64,000 bases of DNA, from contig OX337233.1 in NCBI GenBank assembly GCA_946965045.2, positions 1,860,001 through 1,924,000 on the forward strand, read 5' to 3'. Below, in pieces: positions 11,527 to 21,438 of this stretch. Under the pieces are notes generated by a model. The model was not told the origin of the DNA, made no database searches, and worked only from the letters and a program-made list of their open reading frames with translations. This DNA comes from Epithemia pelagica (taxonomy: Eukaryota; Protista; Bacillariophyta). The translations under genes and the position numbers were made by a program. How positions within the stretch are numbered: the first letter of the stretch is position 1; the number at the start of each line of letters is the position of its first letter.

Positions 11527-12344
11527 AAGGGATGCGCAACATCGACCCGCCCCCCGAACGCGTACCCCCAGTACCCATCCAACTGCTGCACCACACCCAA
11601 ACAATTGCCGACAATGCCCTGGATCCATCCAACCACATCATGATGAACCTTATTTGGGTCGCCTACTTCTACCTGCTACGGCCAGGCGAATACTGTCACA
11701 CCTACGACAATGCCCCCCTCCGCGGCACCAACATCACCTTGTCCATCGACAACCGTTCCCTCGACATCTTCTCATGCCCCGTGGACGACCTCTTCCGCGC
11801 CACATCCTCCACGATCACATTCGACACACAGAAAAACCGTCAACGCGGTGAGATCATCGCTCACGGCCTCAGTGGCCACCCAGTTGCTTGCCCCACCCGC
11901 GCCCTTGCTCGTCTGCTTGCCGCCCTTCGACAACACCAAATCTCACCGACCGACCCACTCTGCACTGCGCCCTCCCGTCATTCCGGTCATACCTATCTCA
12001 TTACATCCGCGATGATCACGTCCCTTCTTCGCTCCACCGCTTCCGCCCATCCCGTTCCGGGAATCGCCCCAACGCGTCTCCAAGCCCGCAGCCTCCGTTC
12101 GGGAGGTGCCATGGCACTCCTTTGTGGCCGCGTTGACTCTGACCACATCAAGCTTGTGGGCCGCTGGCGCTCCGACGCCATGTTCCGTTACTTGCACGCA
12201 CAAACACTGTCCATCATCCGGCGATTGGCCGCCACCATGGTCGAACATGGCGCCTTCACCCTCGCGCAAGGAGCCACCACACCTGCATCCGTGGACTCGC
12301 TCCTCGACAGTGTCCCCCATGACACCATTCACCACTCCCTTTAG
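11151..12344 (+). CDS. Tyrosine recombinase of element 1
   Basis: Catalytic-type motifs LLRPGEY, TQKN, RSLRSGGA, GRWRS, MFRYLH. Overlaps the pol 3' end; no ATG at the 5' end of the frame. Confidence 0.92.
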   Translation: MAASPPKQRNSFLRDLCTARETARHSVSASRAAAQDRIWSATWTPFCHSLQLDPLLATHQDKIPILQVFATRIRDGRCSRSGQPVKADTVADDLLAVAKTFIALGAQDPRLNTFGSIDLRLSQQLKGMRNIDPPPERVPPVPIQLLHHTQTIADNALDPSNHIMMNLIWVAYFYLLRPGEYCHTYDNAPLRGTNITLSIDNRSLDIFSCPVDDLFRATSSTITFDTQKNRQRGEIIAHGLSGHPVACPTRALARLLAALRQHQISPTDPLCTAPSRHSGHTYLITSAMITSLLRSTASAHPVPGIAPTRLQARSLRSGGAMALLCGRVDSDHIKLVGRWRSDAMFRYLHAQTLSIIRRLAATMVEHGAFTLAQGATTPASVDSLLDSVPHDTIHHSL

Positions 12345-12459
12345 CACTCCTCCGTCCTACTCCATCCTTCATCTTCTTTTTTTCTTCACCAAAACATTCA
12401 AATCCCACACCTCCGATGTCTCCCGTCCCTCCACGTCTTCGTTGGCCCACCAACATGGG

Positions 12460-12582
12460 CCTTTAGGAGAGGTAGCAAGGTTGGGCTCATAGTTTTCATT
12501 TCGCCCAGCATACATCTCCTCCTCTCTGGTTGCCGTGCTAAGGACGGTCGAAGGTAGCACGCAACAAAGTTGGCGTTAGCCA
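12460..12582 (+). repeat. Split direct repeat B1 of element 1 (123 bp)
   Basis: Identical to 12740-12862. Confidence 0.97.
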
Positions 12583-12721
12583 TTGATGTTGTGTGTGGAC
12601 GACAGACGGACTGTGCACGGGCTCGCGCGCACGCCGTGTCACACACTCTTCCTTTTCTTCCTTGTGCCTGGTCTCATTCTTTCTTGCCGTCGCGAGAGAC
12701 CGTTCGATAGAATAGATTAAG
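12583..12721 (+). repeat. Split direct repeat A2 of element 1
   Basis: Identical to A1; abuts B1 directly. Confidence 0.97.
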
Positions 12722-12739
12722 CCCGCCTCAGCCCGCCCT

Positions 12740-12862
12740 CCTTTAGGAGAGGTAGCAAGGTTGGGCTCATAGTTTTCATTTCGCCCAGCATACATCTCCT
12801 CCTCTCTGGTTGCCGTGCTAAGGACGGTCGAAGGTAGCACGCAACAAAGTTGGCGTTAGCCA
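12740..12862 (+). repeat. Split direct repeat B2 of element 1
   Basis: Identical to B1. Confidence 0.97.
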
Positions 12863-12993
12863 CTCGAATAGGTAAGGAATATGGGATCTATGATGGAAAA
12901 ATGTGAGCTACTCTTATCATCTCTACAAGTAAACTAGGAGTACTAGCTAGGTAGTGGGCCAATAACGCTAATGTGCGAACGCGGAATTCCGCA

Positions 12994-13804
12994 AGTAAAT
13001 GCCGACCACGAAACCAACTGCATTACCATCCTAGCTATGTCATCTACTACTATCGAACACACACCGAAGATACTCCCATTAACACAGAGTCAACGTCCGA
13101 AAGTAAAGAGACGTGTAACGAACGAATCATTCCCGCCAGAAATTTCACTTGTCCTTAATATAGGACCAGTTGGACTAGGAGATGAGTCGGTAGGGTTTGG
13201 TAGTGGGCTGATCGGCTGGACGATTGGTCGGGTCGGTTGGATCGCTTGGAGGTTCCGCAATGGGACGGTTACTTGGGTCTTGTTGTTCTTCAATTAAACT
13301 CCAATTTTCAAAGAAGCTGAAGCTTCCAGCGCTGGTGGGAGATATGTCGTAATGATGTACGGTCGAAGAGGCAGAGTTACGTAGGCTTGGCTAGGCACTG
13401 ACTTGGGCTCAGAACCACTCAATGTATACTAAATTCACGATAACTTCGGATATGGAGGCAACTTGAGGCAACCGAGGTGATCAAGCTCTGTGCAACAAGT
13501 TGACTGTGCGTTGTACCAGTAGGCTGAAGACAATACGAGTTGCTTTGAACAACTTTCTTATATTGTGAGCTTTTACCTAGAATGACTGTGTCCTTGTCCA
13601 AGCGATGTTACTCCAAGCGATGCTCCACATAGCACATGAAGTGAAATTTCTGGCGGGAATGATTCGTTCGTTACACGTCTCTTAACTTTCGCGTTGACTC
13701 TGTGTTAATGGGAGTAGCTTTGGAGTATCTTCGGAGTGTGTTCGATAGTGGTAGATGACATAGCTAGGATGGTAATGCAGTTGGTTTCGCGGTCGGCATT
13801 TACT
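12994..13804. mobile_element. Non-coding long-TIR element (MITE-like or foldback), 811 bp
   Basis: Inverted arms 12994-13150 (157 bp) and 13639-13804 (166 bp) with a few indels. Termini AGT..ACT. CCGCA lies directly outside both ends (12989-12993, 13805-13809). Confidence 0.7.
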
Positions 13805-13850
13805 CCGCACAAATACTGAAGACTGAAGCCCAATACAAGAGAGCCCGTCG

Positions 13851-15993
13851 ATGCGAGAGAAGGAATTGCCATTGGGCAATCCAGCTAATGCGGCAAACGA
13901 CGTCTTCATTTCGCTGGAGACTGCGGTCGAGCAGGTTAGACGTCTGATTGCGATGCGAAATGAAGGTACTGCAACTTTTATATGTGCGCCGGTAGCGACC
14001 GGAAAGTCCACCCTTGCTCGCTACCTCGCGGATCAGTTTCCCAGCGAGTTTGTGAAGATCGTTGTCCTCCCATCCGACAAAATGGAGCAGATCTGTGACA
14101 AAATCATACGAGCGGCTGATGACGCAGCAACTTTTGAAGAGGCTCTGAAGGAGTTTGCAAGCAAAGGAAAGACACTCATTTTCGATGAAGCGCACCTGTT
14201 GTTTGCGTTTCCGAATCTGGTCAGCTCCATAATCAAGGACCCTGAATCATCCAAGCCCGATGTCCTTCTTTTCTCCGCTGCTGCAACCGGTTATGATGTC
14301 AGGGGCAATTCGGTCGTGACGCCTTCGGAGGTCAGAAAGAAGTATATGTGGTATCCACCCATTCCTGACGGAGCAAGCCTAGCATCTGACCTCAAACAAG
14401 CCGAAGTTTACCTCACAAGTGAATCTGTTGGGTTTTTTCTTAAGGTGTGCTGCGGCCATCGGGGGATATTCATGTCAGCGATGCAGTGGGTTCAAACCTG
14501 CCAAGCAGACTCAACGGAAGACTGGGATATCCACGAGAGTGTCGCCAGGGTTTGTGCTTCGTTTAAGGAAAGTCTTACGGAGGATTTAGGTGGATGGAGT
14601 AAGGGCTTGCGGTATTTTCTCCAACAGTCTCGGGCTGTGCGGGTTAATGGCCTGTACTCTGACCTCAGTAACATACCTAAAGAATTTGCACTAGTTCTAT
14701 TTGGAGGTTCCAAAACTAATGTGGATCTGAATAATCAAGAGCGGTCGCTGGCAATCAATGGATTCTTGGTGCCGGAGCGAGAAAAAGCTGGCGAGGAGTT
14801 TGTCAGATATGATTGGAACGATCCGTCGAAGCACTACGGCGTATCGAATTCTCTCATGGCTGAATACTACGGAGATGTCTTGCCTCCGCAGCTGGGATAT
14901 CGGAGCCATTTGAATGAGACGGACCTTGATAAAATTTTTGGATATGATCTGCTGGCACGAGCTTTGCCGTTCATGTCCTTTGCTACGGTTATCGACAACC
15001 CAATTCCGGACACGAATGGGAATCTACAGACCTCTTCGTCCGCTAGTGATCTACCGTACGAAGACCACTACAACGCTGCATTGGTAAAAGTATTTCAAAA
15101 GTTAAAATATACTGTATCAACGCCGCAAAGCCCGAACAAGGGCAAAGTCGATGTGGTTGTGACTTTCCGGAACAAGACTTGTGCCATCGAAACAATAATG
15201 GCGACGCGTAAAATGGTAGGTCGGTTTTTTTGGTCGATTGCTTGTATCTGACGCACGTTAGTACTAATCCTTCTCCATTCCCTTGGCATTCCTACTGGAG
15301 AAAGATCACGATGAACACGCAAGTCGCTTCGCAAATCAGGTCAAAGCAAACTATGGTGATGCTACGCTAAAAGTGATGCTCATTATTGGCGCGGACAAAG
15401 ACTTAGTGACAACGCGACTTGAACAGATAACTGGCATTCCAGGGCTCGAGGCTGTTGGCTTAGTTGTGTCGCAGGCTCATGACTGTTACGAAGTACTTGT
15501 GAAGCCTGACTCGTCGCAGCCGAACGTAGAGGGACCCGTCCTCTTTGTTTGCGACCGAGTCGCCAAATCTCTCCAACTCAGGGATGGCCGCCTTCGCATT
15601 TCATCTGCGCAGAGTCTCCAGGACTTCGCGCCCAAGAAACGGCTGAGAACTGCAGGTGCGACATTGTTGGAACGACTCAGTATCCTTGAGCGTTTACTCA
15701 ATATGGGCGAAAGCAACAGCGCGGAGACCCAGATCATGGCAAGAATTCTGTCTGTGGAAAAAAAGTTTGGAATTGAACCCACCCCTGGCCAAAAGTCTCT
15801 CCTCCTGAGAATCCAGGAGGTGGAAGCGATCGTCCAGCTGTTGGACGACACGGAAAATACCGTTGGCGTGACGCCTTCTGGGGACACTTCGATTGAGAGC
15901 CGAATCAAATCCCTTGAGAGTGCACTGGATCTCGATCACAAGGGAACTCTCATTGCGTGCATCAAGAAAGTTTATGAAGCCGCTGTTGGGTAA
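13851..15993 (+). CDS. Crinkler-like P-loop NTPase + PD-(D/E)xK nuclease protein; probable intron 15216-15300
   Basis: Walker A CAPVATGKST, Walker B LIFDEAH, nuclease-like GKVDVVV..CAIE. Donor ATG|GTAGGT and branch-like TACTAAT. The GAG acceptor restores frame into 15301-15993. Confidence 0.65.
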
Positions 15994-16361
15994 AACCATG
16001 GAAAGAAAAATTGTTCACATCACGCGGGGTAGCATTGAGAAAGTATGCATGCACTACCCGAATAGATGAATTATAAGGCAGGACTATGATGGAAATGTGA
16101 AGCTCTTGCATCCAGAACTTCAGGCATTCAGAGAAGGCAGGGTAAGGTCGAACCGTATGTGGAACGGATAATTTGACGGCCAAGAACAACATGCTTTTGT
16201 TCACTTCGAATGTCCATAAAGATCTAGATATTCATCTAACGAAACATCTATGCGTACACTACGAGTATTGGGACCAACTATGATCGTAGGGGGGACATGA
16301 ATGTCCACTTTTTGAACAATGCACGGGAAACATACAGAAGGCGTTGTTTATAATACATGAT

Positions 16362-17540
16362 TTAACGGTCTTGGCACAACACAGTTCGTGTCTTAGTTTT
16401 TTCAATCCAACCTGTGGTTGCAGGTATGCAGGATCGATTAATCGCATTTTCAACCACTTGCATGGTACTGTACTGTCCACCGAATGCTTTCTCAACCACA
16501 TTAAGATCATTCCCCACATCGCAATCACTCACCCATACAGTCCCGTCAGCTCTGGCCCTCATAAAGCAAAGCTTGTCATGTTCCCAAACTTGGTATCCCA
16601 GTTTTTGTATGTTGGGGATCACACGATGCGCGACAAAAGTTTCGCTGTGAATTCCGACTCCTGGTTTGTGTTGGAGTGCCCATTGTACGTGAACGTCCAT
16701 GTATTCAAAATGACGCGCGGCCCACTCTTGTACTGCTTTCCAGGGACCATAAATCATACGATCGTTCACTGGCCATGATCCGAATGCAGGAATCACTGAA
16801 ACCTTGTTCTCCACGTCTTGTCGATTGTTTGAGACTTCCCATATATCCAGGGGTGTAGCAAACACCACATCAGAACGCAAAAAGGCCACTCTGTCGTAGT
16901 CAAACCCCTTTGTGCGACTGAAACCAACCATGAGATTCCATGCTGTTTGTATCGAATTCCACATTCGTATAATGTTGGCGGTTGAGTTGACGTCCAGATC
17001 CTTTGGTTTGTATAAATCGTCGTCGATTTTAGACAGAGTGGTGGCATATCTTTGTTGAAACCGAGTCTCGTTTTCAGCCGTGAACATAACCGTCGCATAA
17101 GGATTCAATGAAAGCACTGCACTTTTCAAGAGTAATATCTCATCCGCCTTGATGAAGCCACCTGCTCCTGCTCTCCCTGCTGATTCGAAGCTTGTGTTGT
17201 AGTAGTGGACGAAGTAGTCACACAACGGGTTGATCGGAATAACATTCATCTTTAACGAAGGCAACACCAATGACTTAAAGGCTCGGGGAAGGCCAAACAA
17301 GTTGATTGCACAACGTGACGAGACTTGTAGTCTTGTGGTTGTTGCAGATGGATAGTCCTGTGGATCACCACCAATGACGCTGCGTTTTGGTCCACCGTAA
17401 GTGGTAAAGGCCTCTACGAGACGTCCAGAAAAGTCGGGAGGTGAAGCACCATTGCTAGTGGATATGTAGAAAGAATTCAGTGCCACGAAACAACTGGCGC
17501 CCAAAACCAGGACCGTCAAAACACGAAAGGAACGGCTCAT
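16362..17540 (-). CDS. Type II membrane or secreted protein, possibly glycosyltransferase-like (diatom family)
   Basis: 392 aa with N-terminal hydrophobic anchor; motifs FGLPRAF, YDRVAFLRSDV, VNDR. Confidence 0.55.
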   Translation of the reverse strand: MSRSFRVLTVLVLGASCFVALNSFYISTSNGASPPDFSGRLVEAFTTYGGPKRSVIGGDPQDYPSATTTRLQVSSRCAINLFGLPRAFKSLVLPSLKMNVIPINPLCDYFVHYYNTSFESAGRAGAGGFIKADEILLLKSAVLSLNPYATVMFTAENETRFQQRYATTLSKIDDDLYKPKDLDVNSTANIIRMWNSIQTAWNLMVGFSRTKGFDYDRVAFLRSDVVFATPLDIWEVSNNRQDVENKVSVIPAFGSWPVNDRMIYGPWKAVQEWAARHFEYMDVHVQWALQHKPGVGIHSETFVAHRVIPNIQKLGYQVWEHDKLCFMRARADGTVWVSDCDVGNDLNVVEKAFGGQYSTMQVVENAINRSCIPATTGWIEKTKTRTVLCQDR

Positions 17541-17713
17541 GATGATGAGCCATCATTTCTCTGTCCATGGTTCATGGTCTTGCGATCCTCTGTTGTGGCA
17601 CAATTGCGGGGGCCTATCAAGGAAAGGCGACCGAATTCGGGGGTGCGGAAAAGGTGCGGCCGAGTGCTCATTTCTCTCGTCATCACATCAATCAACGAGG
17701 TCGAGGAGGCAGC

Positions 17714-18151
17714 ATGTGGGGATTGGTAACTTGTTCCAGAGCTGCGTTATTGGCCTTCACGTCAACATCAAACATATCTCAATCCGCCATAATGTCGACA
17801 GCCTCTCGAACGATTTCCAAGACATCTCTCGCTTCGTCCCCTATTGCTAATGGACCAAGCAAACAATATTTGCTTCGATACGAGTACGTGCCAGATATCT
17901 TGGAGAAACGAGGACCGCATCGCGAAGAACATTTGGGCATTGCTCAGCAATTGGCTGATGAAGGAAAATGTTTGGCTGGTGGCCCGTCGGGTCCTGTGCC
18001 CATGGAGGTGCCTACAGGAGCTCTGTTCGTATTTGCAGATGAGGGCTCGGCGAAGCAATTTGTGGAACAAGATCCCTATATCAAAGCCGGGTTGGTGACG
18101 AAACACGTTATTGAAGAGTGGACTGTTGCAATTACGAAGAAATCTGATTAA
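17714..18151 (+). CDS. YciI-like (YCII-related) protein with N-terminal extension
   Basis: RGPHREEHL, LAGGP, GALFVF, DPYIKAGL. Start codon uncertain (ATG 17567 also in frame). Confidence 0.85.
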   Translation: MWGLVTCSRAALLAFTSTSNISQSAIMSTASRTISKTSLASSPIANGPSKQYLLRYEYVPDILEKRGPHREEHLGIAQQLADEGKCLAGGPSGPVPMEVPTGALFVFADEGSAKQFVEQDPYIKAGLVTKHVIEEWTVAITKKSD

Positions 18152-19776
18152 GTTCTTGCCAGTAGCCATATATCTTTAGTATCGAAACCCGTCGAACCTT
18201 AGATATGTACTTGTTGCGCTTGTAACGAAATGGTAGCTTGTCCATTTTCCGTATCTGCTCAGTTGTCGTGAATATAGGTAACAAAGCTGCCAGAATCGGA
18301 AGTTGATAAATATTTCCCTTGATAAGAAAGTGGCAAGCCATCATCAAAAAGATCAACTGCGTTCAATATATATATCATACCAGCAACCAGTGGCAGAATG
18401 ATAGTGACACGATGAACACTCATAACAGCAATCAGGGTCATCATTGATTCTCTCTGGGCTTGAGTCTTCTTGACAGAGATAGACGCAAGAAACACCGTTG
18501 TTGTCTTTTATTCACCATGTCGGAAACATGAGAAACGAAACGAAAGCACAATCGGGCATCACTTTTACTAAGAGACGAGCAGAGGAGAGTTAGTACAGCG
18601 ACATGCCTCGATCCAATAACAGTATTCGTCCCATGTCCAACAGCCTCGGTAATCGATCGTAATATATCCTGCATTTCATGTCGCGGAGTAATTCTAGAGC
18701 ATGCTTGATGATCGTCATTGACTTCCTGTCAACAGTCCAAAATGAAAGATGTGACCACGTACCTTCCTTTATTAAAAGATGGTCAATGTTGAAAAATGAA
18801 ACTCTCGATTACGATTCCAAAAGAGCCCAGCGGCGGTAAACCCCATGGTCCACTGCAATCCACTGACATCCCCGTAAGATCTCGACCATCCCTTTTTTAG
18901 TGGGGGAGAAGTCCAACCCCACTACAGTTATTTATGCGACTGGGAAATGTGCCCGTCGGAGTCACGCGCGTCGATCCAGCCGACGTAAAGAGTTCTCACT
19001 ATGCTCACTTTTTCCGTACTCGGAACGAGTCCCACAAGAATCGCAAAATTGTGTGGAGCAATGAAGCACCGTGTCGTTCCCTCACCGTATATCGCTCCGA
19101 GTTAATATTCATCACCTAAACCCCCAAGATTAGAGACGTCTGATCGTGGAATCCATTCTCTGCGTGACCAAAAATGTTTTAGTTGCAGCGCCACCAAGCA
19201 ACTGCTTTACTTCCTTCCGACTCGGCACCTTGCGAATTGCGACAGGTAACGAAAACAACCCATCCTTCCCTTCCTCTTCGATAGAAAAGAAGCTCATATC
19301 TTCCAAAAACAACTCCGTATCGAAAGTTCGCTCGGAATTCATGGCAGTGGACCTCTTCCCATGAGAGGACTGTCCCAACAATCCAACTCTCGTGGAAAGT
19401 GCAAGTATGGGCTCTTAGTTTTACTGGTTTTTTTGGCTGCATATGATGTTTCCTTTTGAACAAAATCCCCATCATTCAAGAAAATTGAAAAGTTTGACAT
19501 ATTGGATGTGTTCCCACCCCGACGCCTCGATACTCGATACAACCCGTTTGGCAAATATACTCTTTCCATTGAATCCGACGACAGTTAACCGGAATCTTCC
19601 TCCGTCTCATTTGGTGGGCGGAATTTTTACACCATTTGAGTCGTTGAATCAGTTCTACAAGCGTATGCAGTAAACTAAAGCCTGCAACCTGGTCGATAAG
19701 GACAATACATGGGTCCATTGGAAGCATATGGAGAACGGGCGTTGCAACCACCGAAAAGAATGTCATTTTCCGACCT

Positions 19777-21156
19777 CTATTGCAGTTCCGACAAGTGTTG
19801 AAGGAGCTTCTTATCTTCAATGCGGTATCTCAGGGAAAGGATCTTTTGTGGTCTTGTATCCTGCGCGAGCTCCAAATCATGCAGCAATGCCATGTCTCGC
19901 TCTATACTAGTTCCGCTGGACTTGGCTCGTATTTCCTTGAGAGCTGCAGTTCGAATGGCAACGACATGGAATTCCGTCTCTTCAACCTGTTCGAGGGGTA
20001 AACTTCCATTGCGTCCAACACAAAACTCGTCGCCACCATCATTGATGTTCAGCATGACGCAATGATAAGGATTGTCGATTGGACAAAAGCCAAACTGTAA
20101 AAGATAGAGAGAATTGTCGAGTTTGTTGTATTCTTCCCAGACCCACTCGGATAAATTGCGGTCTGCTTTGACAACTAAGCCGGAGGACGTAGACAACGTC
20201 GCAGAAAAGAAGGTATGGGAGGCCGTCTCCTTCTCACGATCTTTGAGAATGTGGTACTCGTGAAAGGAGCGAGGATTTCCGAACCGTGGAGCATGATTAA
20301 TCATGTCGGCCATTGGTACCAAAGCTACCTTTGCTTGCTGTTGTTCCTGTGCGTGGCGGTTACCGTTGAAAAGAAAACTGCAGTGCGAGGTGACCAATGC
20401 ATAGCTATATTCATACATTTCTTTGGTCCAACAGTTGGTCTCCATTGCCATCATCTTGGATACTATGGCCCATTCCGATTGCCTCATTCGTTTTTCCTCC
20501 CTTCCCATGTACGCCAAAGACTCATCGTCCAGCAGGGCAATCTCATCATCTGTGAACGAAGACAGCACAGGAATGATCATAAAGTGCGATGTTATTTTGG
20601 AGTTTGCAGCCTCTCCCCATTCCTCCACTTGTGATCCCCACAAGAGATCTATATAGGGTGTGAAGAAAAGCATGTAAGTAGTCGCCGAAAAGGAGGAAGG
20701 TTGACACCGATTGAACATCAAGGTGACCGCCAAAACTGCAAAATCAGAGAGCAGCTCAAAGTCTTCGTCGTAACGGGCCGTGTCTCCTCTCTCTTTGTAT
20801 GATTGGTGAAGAGCAGCTCGAACCGTCTCAGGTGTCAAGTGAAGATTAAATGGGATGTCCAACAGCTCTGTTCCTTCCTTGAGTTGGACTTGTTGACCAT
20901 CCACGAGAGAATCGATTGGACGGATCGACAGAGCATGACCATAAGCGTCGGTGTACACTAGATCCAGACGTTCATGCATCTTTCCTCCATGACTCTGAAA
21001 CCACTGCACAAAGCGCGTTTGGATGCCAAGGAGCTTCATGTTGTAAGTCTTGTCATCACCGTGCTCGGAGTCTCGTCGAGGCCTCACGATGTATAAACCA
21101 AGAATGACAGCCATCAAGGCTGAAAGGAATGCAAATGTCCTCTCTGAAGTTCTCAT
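19777..21156 (-). CDS. SET-domain N-lysine methyltransferase (Rubisco LSMT/SETD-like) with N-terminal anchor
   Basis: FVQWFQSHGG, LVPMADMINH, YNKLDNSLYLLQFGF. Confidence 0.8.
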   Translation of the reverse strand: MRTSERTFAFLSALMAVILGLYIVRPRRDSEHGDDKTYNMKLLGIQTRFVQWFQSHGGKMHERLDLVYTDAYGHALSIRPIDSLVDGQQVQLKEGTELLDIPFNLHLTPETVRAALHQSYKERGDTARYDEDFELLSDFAVLAVTLMFNRCQPSSFSATTYMLFFTPYIDLLWGSQVEEWGEAANSKITSHFMIIPVLSSFTDDEIALLDDESLAYMGREEKRMRQSEWAIVSKMMAMETNCWTKEMYEYSYALVTSHCSFLFNGNRHAQEQQQAKVALVPMADMINHAPRFGNPRSFHEYHILKDREKETASHTFFSATLSTSSGLVVKADRNLSEWVWEEYNKLDNSLYLLQFGFCPIDNPYHCVMLNINDGGDEFCVGRNGSLPLEQVEETEFHVVAIRTAALKEIRAKSSGTSIERDMALLHDLELAQDTRPQKILSLRYRIEDKKLLQHLSELQ

Positions 21157-21438
21157 CGTCTTTCATTATGATCCGCGGAAGTGACAAAGCATGGGAATCT
21201 TCGGTCGAAAAAGTGGCGGACATGAGGTCAGTCGCACAATATATCTGTGACATAGAACGCATTGGGAATTTGGATCCAATGAAACCTGTCCACATAGAAT
21301 CTTGTGGCGAACATCATGAGAAAAGACGTTTACTTGTTCCACAATTGTTTCCAACTAATTCTGTGTTGCACACACGGCTTTAGTAACAAAGCAACACCGA
21401 TTTCAATCGTAAGAAGAGTTTTATCCACAGGTATTGTG

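Larger units (their letters stand above)
6733..12862 (+). mobile_element. Ngaro-like tyrosine-recombinase retrotransposon (YR element 1, 6130 bp) with split direct repeats
   Basis: A1(6733-6871), gag, RT/RNaseH, YR, B1(12460-12582), A2(12583-12721), spacer, B2(12740-12862). No methyltransferase domain after RNase H. Confidence 0.95.

Noticed and set aside
6878-12500. Many overlapping and antisense ORFs in the YR and copia elements
   Set aside because: Expected by-products of GC-rich coding sequence; only the pol C-terminal frame (to 11526) has motif support.
18259-19700. Scattered short minus-strand ORFs
   Set aside because: Possibly a decayed gene, but no identifiable domain or consistent splicing.
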